A DNA stretch of 64,000 bases from assembly GCA_965248265.1 (NCBI GenBank), contig CBDFJF010000001.1, positions 3,104,001 through 3,168,000 of the forward strand, read 5' to 3'. The notes under the pieces were generated by a model. The model saw nothing but the letters and a program-made list of their open reading frames with translations, had not been told where the DNA came from and searched no databases. This DNA comes from Candidatus Latescibacterota bacterium. GTDB taxonomy: Bacteria > Latescibacterota > UBA2968 > UBA8231. This document shows positions 17,438-26,301 of this stretch, in pieces (within the stretch, counting starts at the first letter, position 1; every line of letters starts with the position of its first letter). The position numbers and the translations under genes were made by a program.

Positions 17438-19027
17438 ATGTCACAGAGCAATAGCACTCAATCGGCCATCAAACCGGTGCTCGCGGATTTCCAGAATCTG
17501 GCTGGCCGGGGAAACATCGTCCCCGTGTACAAGGAAGTGCTGGCGGATACAGACACCCCCGTGTCGGCGTACCTGAAACTGCGCGGGGAGAGCGACTGCA
17601 GCTTCCTGTTCGAAAGTATTGAAGGCGGGGAGCGCGCGGCTCGTTACTCGTTCCTCGGTATTGCGCCAACCAAGGTGTTCCGCTCGCGCGGAGATCAGAT
17701 TCAGATCGAGGATCGCAAGAGCGGTGAGAGCCGGCAGTTCACCGGTGTCGCCATCGACGAACTAAAAGCGCTCATGCAGGGCGCTAAAGGGGTCCATCTG
17801 CCCGAACTTCCCCGCTTTACGGGAGGGGCGGTCGGGTACCTCGGGTACGACGGCATCCGCCTGGTCGAGGACCTTCCAGACACCTGTGAGGACGATCTGG
17901 ATCTTGACGACATGATCTTTGCCGTGTTCGACTCGATTCTGGCGTTCGACAATCTGCGTCACACGGTGTTGTTGATCGCCAATGCCGATCTGGGCGAAGG
18001 ACGCGATATTGATGTGGCCTATGCCGATGCTTGCGACCGCATCGAATACCTTGAGCAGTTGCTGGCGAGGCCGACGACGTCCACCCCCTTGCGGGGTGGA
18101 GGAACGATGCAGCCGGTGCGATCCAACATGAGTCACGACTACTATCTCAGCAGCATCGAAAAGTGTCTGGAGTACATACGCGCCGGAGACATCTTCCAGG
18201 TCGTGTTCTCGCAGAGGTTTTCCCTGGAGACCGACTGTGACCCGCTGGATATTTACCGCGTTCTGCGCACCATCAACCCATCGCCTTACATGTTCATGAT
18301 CGAGCTGGACGGATTGCACATTCTCGGTGCCTCTCCGGAAATTCTTGTGCGCGTGGAAGACGGCACCCTGGAGGTTCGTCCCATCGCCGGAACGCGGCCT
18401 CGTGGCAAGACGCCGGAAGAGGATCGCGACCTGGAAGCCGAACTGTTGGCAGATGACAAGGACCGCTCAGAGCATGTCATGCTGGTTGATCTGGGCCGCA
18501 ACGACGTGGGCAGGGTCGCCGACTACCATACCGTGGGTGTCACCGAAATGATGCTGGTGGAACGCTATTCCCACGTCATGCACATCGTCTCGAACGTGAG
18601 CGGCAAGCTCAGCCACAACATGGATTCGATCGATGCGCTGTTCGCCTGTTACCCGGCGGGCACGCTGTCAGGTGCCCCGAAGATCCGCGCGATGGAGATC
18701 ATCGACGAGTTGGAGCCGACGCGCCGCGGGATTTACGGAGGCGCCATCGGCTACATCGACTTCTCCGGGAATCTGGACACCTGCATCGCCATTCGCACGA
18801 TGGTGGTCAAAGACGGGCGCGCCCATATCCAGGCTGGCGGGGGCATCGTCGCCGATTCGCAGCCAGAAGCAGAGTACCAGGAGACCGTCAACAAGGCGAT
18901 GGCCTTGCTGCGCGCAGTGGAAATGGCATCACGGGGAAGTGTCGAGGCCTCGGGCGCAAGCATCAGCGGCCTGCAGGAGGGTAGCCTGCCGACATTCTTG
19001 AGCGTGAGTGCTACGGAGAAGAGGTGA
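17438..19027 (+). CDS. trpE: Anthranilate synthase component I
   Basis: DTDTPVSAY, FLFESIEGGE..RYSF, GDIFQVV, NPSPYM, PIAGTRPRG, EHVMLVDLGRND and GTLSGAPKIRAM motifs. Alternative ATG at 17426. Confidence 0.96.
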   Translation: MSQSNSTQSAIKPVLADFQNLAGRGNIVPVYKEVLADTDTPVSAYLKLRGESDCSFLFESIEGGERAARYSFLGIAPTKVFRSRGDQIQIEDRKSGESRQFTGVAIDELKALMQGAKGVHLPELPRFTGGAVGYLGYDGIRLVEDLPDTCEDDLDLDDMIFAVFDSILAFDNLRHTVLLIANADLGEGRDIDVAYADACDRIEYLEQLLARPTTSTPLRGGGTMQPVRSNMSHDYYLSSIEKCLEYIRAGDIFQVVFSQRFSLETDCDPLDIYRVLRTINPSPYMFMIELDGLHILGASPEILVRVEDGTLEVRPIAGTRPRGKTPEEDRDLEAELLADDKDRSEHVMLVDLGRNDVGRVADYHTVGVTEMMLVERYSHVMHIVSNVSGKLSHNMDSIDALFACYPAGTLSGAPKIRAMEIIDELEPTRRGIYGGAIGYIDFSGNLDTCIAIRTMVVKDGRAHIQAGGGIVADSQPEAEYQETVNKAMALLRAVEMASRGSVEASGASISGLQEGSLPTFLSVSATEKR

Positions 19028-19034
19028 ATGAACC

Positions 19035-19598
19035 ATGATCTTCGTTCTTGATAACTACGATTCCTTTACATACAATCTCGTCCAGTATTTGGGAGAGCTG
19101 GGCGCCGAGCTGCAGGTCTCTCGAAACGACAAGATCACCACCGACGAAATTGCCGCGCTCGCGCCCCAAAAAATCGTCATCTCTCCCGGTCCGTGCACTC
19201 CCAGCGAAGCCGGCATATCCGTCGATCTGGTTCGACGTTTCACTGGCGAAATTCCCATTCTTGGCGTTTGCCTGGGTCACCAGTCGATCGGCCAGGCCTT
19301 CGGCGGGGTAGTCAAGCGCGCCCCCTACATCATGCACGGGAAGACATCACAGATCAGCCATGACGGGAAGGGCATGTACAGTGGCCTGCCCAATCCGTTT
19401 ATGGCAACCCGCTATCACTCCCTGGCCGTGGAACGAGAAAGCCTGCCAGATTGCCTCGACGCTGTCGCTGAGACCGAAGATGGGCTGCTGATGGGGATCC
19501 GTCACAAGGAGTATCCAGTCGAGGGAGTGCAGTTCCATCCGGAGTCCATTCTGACGACAGAAGGCAAGAGTCTGTTGAGCAACTTCCTGATATTGTAG
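19035..19598 (+). CDS. trpG: Anthranilate synthase component II (glutamine amidotransferase)
   Basis: [31 protein letters not shown] and GVQFHPES motifs. Confidence 0.96.
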   Translation: MIFVLDNYDSFTYNLVQYLGELGAELQVSRNDKITTDEIAALAPQKIVISPGPCTPSEAGISVDLVRRFTGEIPILGVCLGHQSIGQAFGGVVKRAPYIMHGKTSQISHDGKGMYSGLPNPFMATRYHSLAVERESLPDCLDAVAETEDGLLMGIRHKEYPVEGVQFHPESILTTEGKSLLSNFLIL

Positions 19599-19626
19599 TG
19601 TGACTGTAGAGTGACTTAGAGTGATT
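19596..19626. repeat. Degenerate 10-11 bp tandem repeat with a TAGAGTGAC core at the trpG stop
   Basis: tagtgtgactg-tagagtgact-tagagtgatt. Confidence 0.65.
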
Positions 19627-19670
19627 TGAGGGACAGAGTCAGACCAGGCAACAGGGGAGTATTGGTAACC

Positions 19671-20684
19671 ATGATACAGGATGTCATTCAGCAGCTGTTG
19701 GCCGGCAACGATCTGGATCGCGACACCGCCCGGGCGGTTATGGATCAGATCATGAGCGGCAACGCCACGGACGCACAGATTGGCGGCTTCCTGATCGCCT
19801 TGCGATGCAAGGGCGAGACGGTAGACGAAATAGCTGGATTCGCCGAAGTGATGCGGGAAAAAGCCACGCCCATCGAAGCGGGAAAGGGCACCCTGGTGGA
19901 TACCTGCGGCACGGGAGGGGATGGGTCGGGGACCTTCAACATCTCAACGACAGTCGCCTTCGTTGCAGCCGGCGCCGGGTTGACGGTCGCCAAGCACGGC
20001 AACCGCGCCATGTCGAGCCAGTGTGGCTCGGCCGACGTACTGCAGGCGCTGGGTGTCAACGTGGAGGCTGGTCCCGACCAGGTGAGTAGCTGTCTGGATC
20101 AAGCCGGAATCGGGTTTCTCTTCGCCCCCATGTTACACGGGGCCATGAAGCACGCCATCGGGCCGCGCAAGGAGCTGGCAACGCGCACGGTGTTCAATGT
20201 GCTGGGACCGCTGACCAATCCAGCAGGCGCCCGCCGTCAATTGCTGGGAGTCTACGACGCCTCGTTGACGGAGAAACTGGCCGGCGTGCTCGGGGCCCTC
20301 GGATCGGAACGGGCTTTCGTCGTCCACGGCAGCGATGGACTCGACGAGATCACCTCCACTGGACCGTCCACGGTAACCGAACTGAATGAGGGGAAGCTGG
20401 ATACGTATGAGGTCCAACCCTCTGATTTCGGATTCGACGTTGCCACGGCCGCGGATCTGAAGGGTGGCAGCGCCGCCGAGAACGCGAAGATTCTGTCCTC
20501 CGTACTCGATGGCGAGCGGGGAGCTGCCCGGGAAATCGTGGTCATGAACGCGGCTGCTGCGGTCGCCGCCGGAGGGTTGGCAAGCGACCTGAAGCAAGGA
20601 GCTGTGGTCGCTGCCGAGGCCATCGATTCAGGCAAAGCCAGGGCCGCCCTGGATACCTTGGTGTCCGTGAGCAATCAGAGTTAA
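19671..20684 (+). CDS. trpD: Anthranilate phosphoribosyltransferase
   Basis: DTCGTGGDG..TFNIST, KHGNRAMSS..GSAD, GPLTNP and DGLDE motifs. Confidence 0.96.
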   Translation: MIQDVIQQLLAGNDLDRDTARAVMDQIMSGNATDAQIGGFLIALRCKGETVDEIAGFAEVMREKATPIEAGKGTLVDTCGTGGDGSGTFNISTTVAFVAAGAGLTVAKHGNRAMSSQCGSADVLQALGVNVEAGPDQVSSCLDQAGIGFLFAPMLHGAMKHAIGPRKELATRTVFNVLGPLTNPAGARRQLLGVYDASLTEKLAGVLGALGSERAFVVHGSDGLDEITSTGPSTVTELNEGKLDTYEVQPSDFGFDVATAADLKGGSAAENAKILSSVLDGERGAAREIVVMNAAAAVAAGGLASDLKQGAVVAAEAIDSGKARAALDTLVSVSNQS

Positions 20685-20705
20685 TCGATACGACCGTCAT
20701 CCGAC

Positions 20706-21485
20706 ATGGCCAACATCCTGGAAGAGATCGCCGCCTACAAGCGCGACTTCGTACGGCAGTGCAAATCACGCCGCTCCATGGCCGACATGCGTTCGGCCTC
20801 TGGCGATGCGCCTCCTCCGGAGGACTTCAGTGCCGCGCTGCAGGGGGACGGCATGGCCGTCATCGCCGAAATCAAGAAAGCCTCACCGTCCAAGGGCATA
20901 ATCCGGGAGGATTTCGACCCTGAGCGCATCGCCGCCAGCTACTCCGAGAACGGAGCCTCGGCGCTTTCCGTGCTCACGGACCAGGCGTATTTTCAGGGGC
21001 ACGATGACTATCTGATCAGCGCCCGCCGCATAGCCGAGTTACCGGTCCTGCGAAAGGACTTCACCATCGATCCATACCAGATCTACGAGGCGCGGGTGAT
21101 CGGGGCGGATGCGATCCTGTTGATCGTCGCCCTCATGGACGGGCAGCAGTTGGAGGACCTGATCGGTCTGAGCGGGGAGTTGGGGATGGCGGCGTTGGTC
21201 GAGGTGCACGATGACGGTGAACTGCAGCAAAGCCTGGCCAGTACGGCAGATCTGATCGGCATCAACAACCGGGATCTGCGCACGTTCGAGACCACATTGG
21301 AAACCACGTTCGCTTTGCGTCCGGCGATTCCGGATGGCGTTACGGTCGTGAGTGAGAGTGGTATCAACAGCAGCGATGATGTCGAGCGCCTGGCCGAGGT
21401 TGGTATCGACGCCGTCCTCGTCGGCGAAGCTATGATGCGCGAACCCGATCCAGGGGCCAAGCTGCGCGAATTGCTGGGAGCGTGA
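20706..21485 (+). CDS. trpC: Indole-3-glycerol phosphate synthase
   Basis: IAEIKKASPSKG, LSVLTD, LRKDF, GINNRDL, VSESGI and LVGE motifs. Confidence 0.96.
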   Translation: MANILEEIAAYKRDFVRQCKSRRSMADMRSASGDAPPPEDFSAALQGDGMAVIAEIKKASPSKGIIREDFDPERIAASYSENGASALSVLTDQAYFQGHDDYLISARRIAELPVLRKDFTIDPYQIYEARVIGADAILLIVALMDGQQLEDLIGLSGELGMAALVEVHDDGELQQSLASTADLIGINNRDLRTFETTLETTFALRPAIPDGVTVVSESGINSSDDVERLAEVGIDAVLVGEAMMREPDPGAKLRELLGA

Positions 21486-21509
21486 AGTGAGAAGAAAGAA
21501 ATTGATTCA

Positions 21510-22493
21510 GTGAAAAAACGCGTGTTCTCCGGCATGCAACCCTCTGGGGAGCTGCATCTGGGCAACTACCTCGGCGCCCTGCGCAACTGGGTCGAAGAGC
21601 AGGAGGAGAACGAAAACATCTTCTGCGTCGTGGACCAGCATGCTATAACTGCAGACTACGATCCGGATCAGTTGCGTACCTCTGTGCGGCAACTCGTCGG
21701 TCTTTATCTGGCGGCCGGCCTGGACCCGGAAAAGACGACCTTGTTCGTGCAGTCGCATATGCCCGAGCACACTGAACTGGCCTGGCTGCTCAACTGCGTT
21801 ACGCCGATGGGTTGGCTTCAACGCATGACCCAGTTCAAGGACAAGTCCGAAGGTCAACGGGAGCGGGTCAGCACCGGACTGTTTACCTATCCGGTATTGA
21901 TGGCAGCGGATATCCTGCTGTACCAGGCGGACGGGGTGCCCGTGGGTGAGGACCAGAAGCAACACGTCGAGATTGCCCGAGATATCGCCCAACGATTCAA
22001 CAATCAATACGGCGACACCTTCACCGTGCCCGAGCCGATGATCAGGGGCATCGGTGCCCGAGTTATGGGGTTGGATGATCCCACCCGCAAGATGTCAAAG
22101 TCCGAGGAGGGCCGGTATCACAGTATTGGCTTGCTGGACGATCCCAAGGTCATCCGCAAGAAGTTCGGCCGCGCCGTCACCGACTCACAGAAGGAAATCT
22201 GTTTTGACCCTGCTCGGCCCGGGGTCCACAACCTGCTCACCATCTACCAGGCGTTAACTGGTGACGGGGCAGAAGCGATCGAGGCCCGTTTCGAGGGCAA
22301 GGGATACGGCGATCTGAAAGGGGCGCTCGCGGACCTCGTGATCGCAGACTTGGAGCCCCTGCAGGCACGCTACAATGAGATCGAAGCGGATCCCGGGTAC
22401 ATCGATCAGGTTCTCAGCGACGGCGCGGACAAGCTGAAACCCACGGTGACCGCCACCATGGACAAAGTCCGCCAGGTTATGGGCCTGCGTTAG
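21510..22493 (+). CDS. trpS: Tryptophan--tRNA ligase
   Basis: SGMQPSGELHLGNY, YPVLMAADIL, VPVGEDQKQH and KMSKS motifs. Confidence 0.97.
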   Translation: MKKRVFSGMQPSGELHLGNYLGALRNWVEEQEENENIFCVVDQHAITADYDPDQLRTSVRQLVGLYLAAGLDPEKTTLFVQSHMPEHTELAWLLNCVTPMGWLQRMTQFKDKSEGQRERVSTGLFTYPVLMAADILLYQADGVPVGEDQKQHVEIARDIAQRFNNQYGDTFTVPEPMIRGIGARVMGLDDPTRKMSKSEEGRYHSIGLLDDPKVIRKKFGRAVTDSQKEICFDPARPGVHNLLTIYQALTGDGAEAIEARFEGKGYGDLKGALADLVIADLEPLQARYNEIEADPGYIDQVLSDGADKLKPTVTATMDKVRQVMGLR

Positions 22494-22519
22494 GGCGGCA
22501 CTCCGAGGCGAAATAGCGA

Positions 22520-22792
22520 ATGGATATCAGTGACTGGCGCGCGCGCATCGACACCGTGGATCGCATTCTCGTAGACCTGATCAACCGACGCATGGAGTAC
22601 GCGTTGGAAATCGGCAAGATCAAAGGAGATCAAGGCCAACCGGTCAGAGACGCGGAGCGCGAACGCAGGGTATTGGCGACACTCAAACAGCACAACAAAG
22701 GCCCGGCCAGCGACGGGGCACTTGACGACATCTTTCAGCGTCTGATGGAAGAGGCGCGCCATCTCGAGGGCCCATCCACGGATGGAGAATGA
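22520..22792 (+). CDS. Chorismate mutase type II (AroQ)
   Basis: WRARIDTVDRILVDLINRR, IGKIK and VRDAERE motifs. Confidence 0.9.
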   Translation: MDISDWRARIDTVDRILVDLINRRMEYALEIGKIKGDQGQPVRDAERERRVLATLKQHNKGPASDGALDDIFQRLMEEARHLEGPSTDGE

Positions 22793-22819
22793 ACACCGCC
22801 GTGCACACTACCGAATAAC

Positions 22820-22851
22820 TGCGCGAATTGAAATGCGCGAATTGAAATGCG
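22820..22851. repeat. 14-bp tandem duplication upstream of tyrA
   Basis: tgcgcgaattgaaa x2 + tgcg. Confidence 0.9.
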
Positions 22852-23973
22852 GTCAAACGCGGGAGCAGGGCGTTCTTTAATCGAGTAGCAGTCATAGGGG
22901 TCGGGCTGATCGGCGGGTCGCTCGGTTTGGCCTTGAAAAGAACCGGTTTCACTGGCCAGGTTGTTGGCGTAAGCCGGGCAGAGACCATCTCACAGGCACT
23001 CGATCTGGGTGTCATCGACGAGGGGTACTCCTATGAGGAGTTGCCGGCGGCGCTGTCCGGGGCCGACCTGGTATTTCTGTGCACGCCGATCGAACGCATT
23101 CTCGAGTTGTTGCCGCAGGTCATGTCGAACGTCATGCCGGGCACAGTGGTGACGGATGTCGGCAGCACCAAGCGGATGATCGTGGCGGAGGCAGCTCGTT
23201 GCAGTCGCGATGGGGTTCATTTCGTGGGCGGCCATCCCATGGCCGGTTCGGAGAAGGCAGGCGTGACGGCTGCTGACCCGTTCCTGTTCCAGAACGCAAT
23301 CTACATTCTGGTGCCCGATGAGGGGGAGGTGCCAGACGACAAGCACAATGCCCTGGTGGAGCTGGTGCGCACGCTGGGAGCCAAGGTCTTCCAGCTGTCG
23401 GTGGATGACCACGACGAAGTGGTCGCAGCGGTCTCGCACCTGCCTCAGATGATGGCGACGACCCTGGTGGAGATGGTTGGGGAGATGAACGAAGAGGGTG
23501 AGGGCCGGTTCCTGCCGCTTGCCGCGGGAGGGTTCAGGGACCTCACGCGCATAGCCTCGAGTCCGTTCTCGCCCGTATGGGCAGACATCTGTGCCACCAA
23601 TCGAGACCGGATTGTCGATACCATCGATCGCTACATCGACAAGCTGCGCTCGATTCGCGACAAGGTCGGCGACGCCGCTCTCGGAGATGATTTCGCGTAC
23701 GCGAACTCGGTGCGCGACCGGATTCCTCGCGATGCCAAGGGCTTTCTCCACACCTTGTTCGAGATTCTGGTAGTGGCGGAGGACAAACCCGGAGTGATCG
23801 CGGAGATCGCCTCGGTGTTGTCTGACGAAGGTGTCAACATAAACGACATCGAGGTAGTCAAAGTGCGTGAGGGCGAGGGTGGCACATTGCGGCTCGGCTT
23901 CGACAGTGACGAAGCGGCGAAGCAGGCCCTTGCATTGCTGCCGAAACTGGGATACCAGGCACGACGGCCCTGA
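22846..23973 (+). CDS. tyrA: Prephenate/arogenate dehydrogenase with C-terminal ACT domain (no canonical start upstream of the Rossmann motif)
   Basis: RVAVIGVGLIGGSLG, TDVGSTK, GGHPMAGSE, HDEVVAAVSHLP, FRDLTRIAS and ACT motif DKPGVIAEI. Coordinates give the open frame after the TGA at 22843-22845. Confidence 0.9.
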   Translation, partial: NAVKRGSRAFFNRVAVIGVGLIGGSLGLALKRTGFTGQVVGVSRAETISQALDLGVIDEGYSYEELPAALSGADLVFLCTPIERILELLPQVMSNVMPGTVVTDVGSTKRMIVAEAARCSRDGVHFVGGHPMAGSEKAGVTAADPFLFQNAIYILVPDEGEVPDDKHNALVELVRTLGAKVFQLSVDDHDEVVAAVSHLPQMMATTLVEMVGEMNEEGEGRFLPLAAGGFRDLTRIASSPFSPVWADICATNRDRIVDTIDRYIDKLRSIRDKVGDAALGDDFAYANSVRDRIPRDAKGFLHTLFEILVVAEDKPGVIAEIASVLSDEGVNINDIEVVKVREGEGGTLRLGFDSDEAAKQALALLPKLGYQARRP

Positions 23974-24038
23974 ACGGGAAGCCATGGCAGCGATCAAATG
24001 GCAGTGATGAATGAGATGGCAATAACCGGGTTATCGAG

Positions 24039-25325
24039 ATGGAACAGACGCTGACGCCAGCGCGAAAGCTTTCGGGCGAGATCACGGTACCCGGAGAATT
24101 CGACATGGCCGCGGAAGCCCTCGTCCTGGCGAGTCTTTCTCCCGAGGAGAGCCGTATCGCCAATGTGCCCGTGTCCATCGATCCCGTCGTCGATGTCGTG
24201 CGTCGGCTCGGTGCACAAATCGAGAGCACTGATTCGTCTCTACAAGTAAAAGGGACCGGGTTGGGCCAGTGGTCAGCGCCGTTGGCAACCGTTGATTTGA
24301 GCGCCTGTGGTGAGGCCGCACTGCCCCTGATGGCAGTGCTGGCAGGCCACGCCTTTGTCGCCAGCGCAAGGGTCGATTCGGACAGCGTTGAGTTGGCACG
24401 CCGACTGCTAGAGCTGCTGTCCCCCATGGGGGTGACCGCATCGGAGGAATCAGAGGGGGTGTTTCGGTTCGATGGTGATCGACCCTTGCGAGGTGCCGAG
24501 TACGAGAATGAGGAAATTCCCCGGATCGTCAAACTCTCGCTCCTGATCGCGGCGATGTCGGCTGAGGGCAGGACTATTGTACGAGAACCTGTCTCTTCTC
24601 GAGACAAGGCGGATCACTTGTTGAGGGCTCGCGGTGTCGACATCCAGGGCACAAGGGGTGTCGATCGCTCGGAGCGTTGCCTGGGATTGGAGGGCGGGCA
24701 GTCAATTGGTGCCGCGCAACTGGAGGTGTCTGGCCAGCTCAACCTGGCCATGCCGATTCTGACCGCGGCTACGGCGCTGAGAGGATCCAAGGTCACGATC
24801 AAGAATGTGGACCTGCGCACCGGTAAACGGCTCTTTCTCGATCTGGCGCGACAGATCGGTGCCGACGTCGAAGTCCAGGATGAGGGTTCTGTCTGCGACC
24901 TGTTGGTGAAGGGTGGGGGGACGATCAAGGCAACGCGGGTAGCCGAAAAGCGGGCGGAGCACCTGTTGGACCATGTGGCATTGCTGGCCGTGCTGGCGAC
25001 GCAAACGGAGGGAGCCTTCGTTATCCGTGATGTCTCAACCCTGCGTCGTGTCCATGGGTTCGACTACATGGCTCACCTGGTTGCTGCCCTTCGAAGCATG
25101 GGCGCCAAGGTCGGCGAGTACCCCGAGGGCATCGTGGTAGAGGGAGGGCACGTTCTTAAGGGGGTGGCCCTGGACAGCAACGGCGATCCCGGTTTCGTCC
25201 AGGCCTTTTCGGTAGCCGCCCTGCTGGCACAAGGTGAGACCGTCATTCACGGGACGGAGTGCCTGGATGGTGTTTTTCCTGGTTTTTTCGACACGCTGAA
25301 TTCTCTGAAGGGAGGAAAGCGATGA
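24039..25325 (+). CDS. EPSP synthase (AroA)-fold protein with degenerate active site
   Basis: Full-length AroA scaffold (LSGEITVPG, AEGRTIVREP..SRD, A.GET.I...EC...FPGFF), but PGDKS, SAQ, KESDR and DHR motifs are replaced. Confidence 0.8.
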   Translation: MEQTLTPARKLSGEITVPGEFDMAAEALVLASLSPEESRIANVPVSIDPVVDVVRRLGAQIESTDSSLQVKGTGLGQWSAPLATVDLSACGEAALPLMAVLAGHAFVASARVDSDSVELARRLLELLSPMGVTASEESEGVFRFDGDRPLRGAEYENEEIPRIVKLSLLIAAMSAEGRTIVREPVSSRDKADHLLRARGVDIQGTRGVDRSERCLGLEGGQSIGAAQLEVSGQLNLAMPILTAATALRGSKVTIKNVDLRTGKRLFLDLARQIGADVEVQDEGSVCDLLVKGGGTIKATRVAEKRAEHLLDHVALLAVLATQTEGAFVIRDVSTLRRVHGFDYMAHLVAALRSMGAKVGEYPEGIVVEGGHVLKGVALDSNGDPGFVQAFSVAALLAQGETVIHGTECLDGVFPGFFDTLNSLKGGKR

Positions 25326-25462
25326 GGTCCTTATTTCGCTTGTTCGCACTGATGGCCATCGTCTTCGCGGGAGGGGTCATTCTGATCAAGCTGCTGTACA
25401 GCGTCTCCTGGGGAGAGAGTCTGGAGATCGCCGATCAATTCGCCGAAGACCTGCTGGCTTGA
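25322..25462 (+). CDS. 46-aa single-TM membrane protein
   Basis: GGAGG RBS; ATGA overlap with the upstream stop and TTGA overlap with aroE; hydrophobic LFALMAIVFAGGVILIKLLY. Confidence 0.65.
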   Translation: MRSLFRLFALMAIVFAGGVILIKLLYSVSWGESLEIADQFAEDLLA

Positions 25463-26301
25463 TCAGCGGAGAAACCAAGGTTCTCGGGGTGATCGGAGAT
25501 CCCGTCGGACATAGCTCGTCGCCGGCAATGCACAACGCCGCCATTCACGCGCTCGGCCTGGACTACGTGTACGTGGCTTTTCACGTACCGGCGGGACATG
25601 TGGCCGAAGTCGGCCGTGCTATGCGCGCCTTGCAGATAACGGGTCTCAACGTGACGGTTCCACACAAGGAAACCATCATGGCCGAGTTGGATGAAATTGC
25701 CGATGAGGCCACCGCGATCGGTGCCGTCAATACCATTCAGAACGATCAGGGTCGCCTCACCGGCCACAACACCGACGCTCACGGCATCATCACGTCTCTG
25801 GCCGTCGATGGTGGTCTCGAGCGGTTGCCGTCGCAAGTCGTCCTGCTGGGTGCTGGGGGCGCTGCAAGGGCCATCCTCTACGCGCTGCTGCACCGGGATG
25901 AAGTTGAAAGTATCTCGCTTCTGAACCGCACGGTGACCCGTGCCGAGCAGCTCGCCGCCCAACTGGATCCCCAAGCGGACAAAGTAACTGTGGGTACCCT
26001 GGCTGAATGCGGCTGTGTGCGTGAGGCCGGCCTGCTGATCAACGCTACTTCCATCGGTATGCAACCGGACGCGGCGCATTCGCCTGTGGCGGATCCCGGC
26101 TGCCTGCATGGAGACCTCGTCGTCCTCGACATCGTTTACCGGCCCCTGAGCACGTTGTTGTTGCAGCAGGCGAAGGAGGCGGGTGCGCGCACGGTAGACG
26201 GCCTGGGAATGCTGGTACACCAGGGGGCTCGGGCGTTTGAATTGTGGACGGGCCAGCAGGCTCCCGTTGACGTGATGAGACAGGCCATCACGCCCAACTG
26301 A
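25459..26301 (+). CDS. aroE: Shikimate dehydrogenase
   Basis: GDPVGHSSSPAMHN, GLNVTVPHK, GAVNT, NTD, LGAGGAARA and GLGMLVHQG motifs. Confidence 0.95.
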   Translation: MISGETKVLGVIGDPVGHSSSPAMHNAAIHALGLDYVYVAFHVPAGHVAEVGRAMRALQITGLNVTVPHKETIMAELDEIADEATAIGAVNTIQNDQGRLTGHNTDAHGIITSLAVDGGLERLPSQVVLLGAGGAARAILYALLHRDEVESISLLNRTVTRAEQLAAQLDPQADKVTVGTLAECGCVREAGLLINATSIGMQPDAAHSPVADPGCLHGDLVVLDIVYRPLSTLLLQQAKEAGARTVDGLGMLVHQGARAFELWTGQQAPVDVMRQAITPN

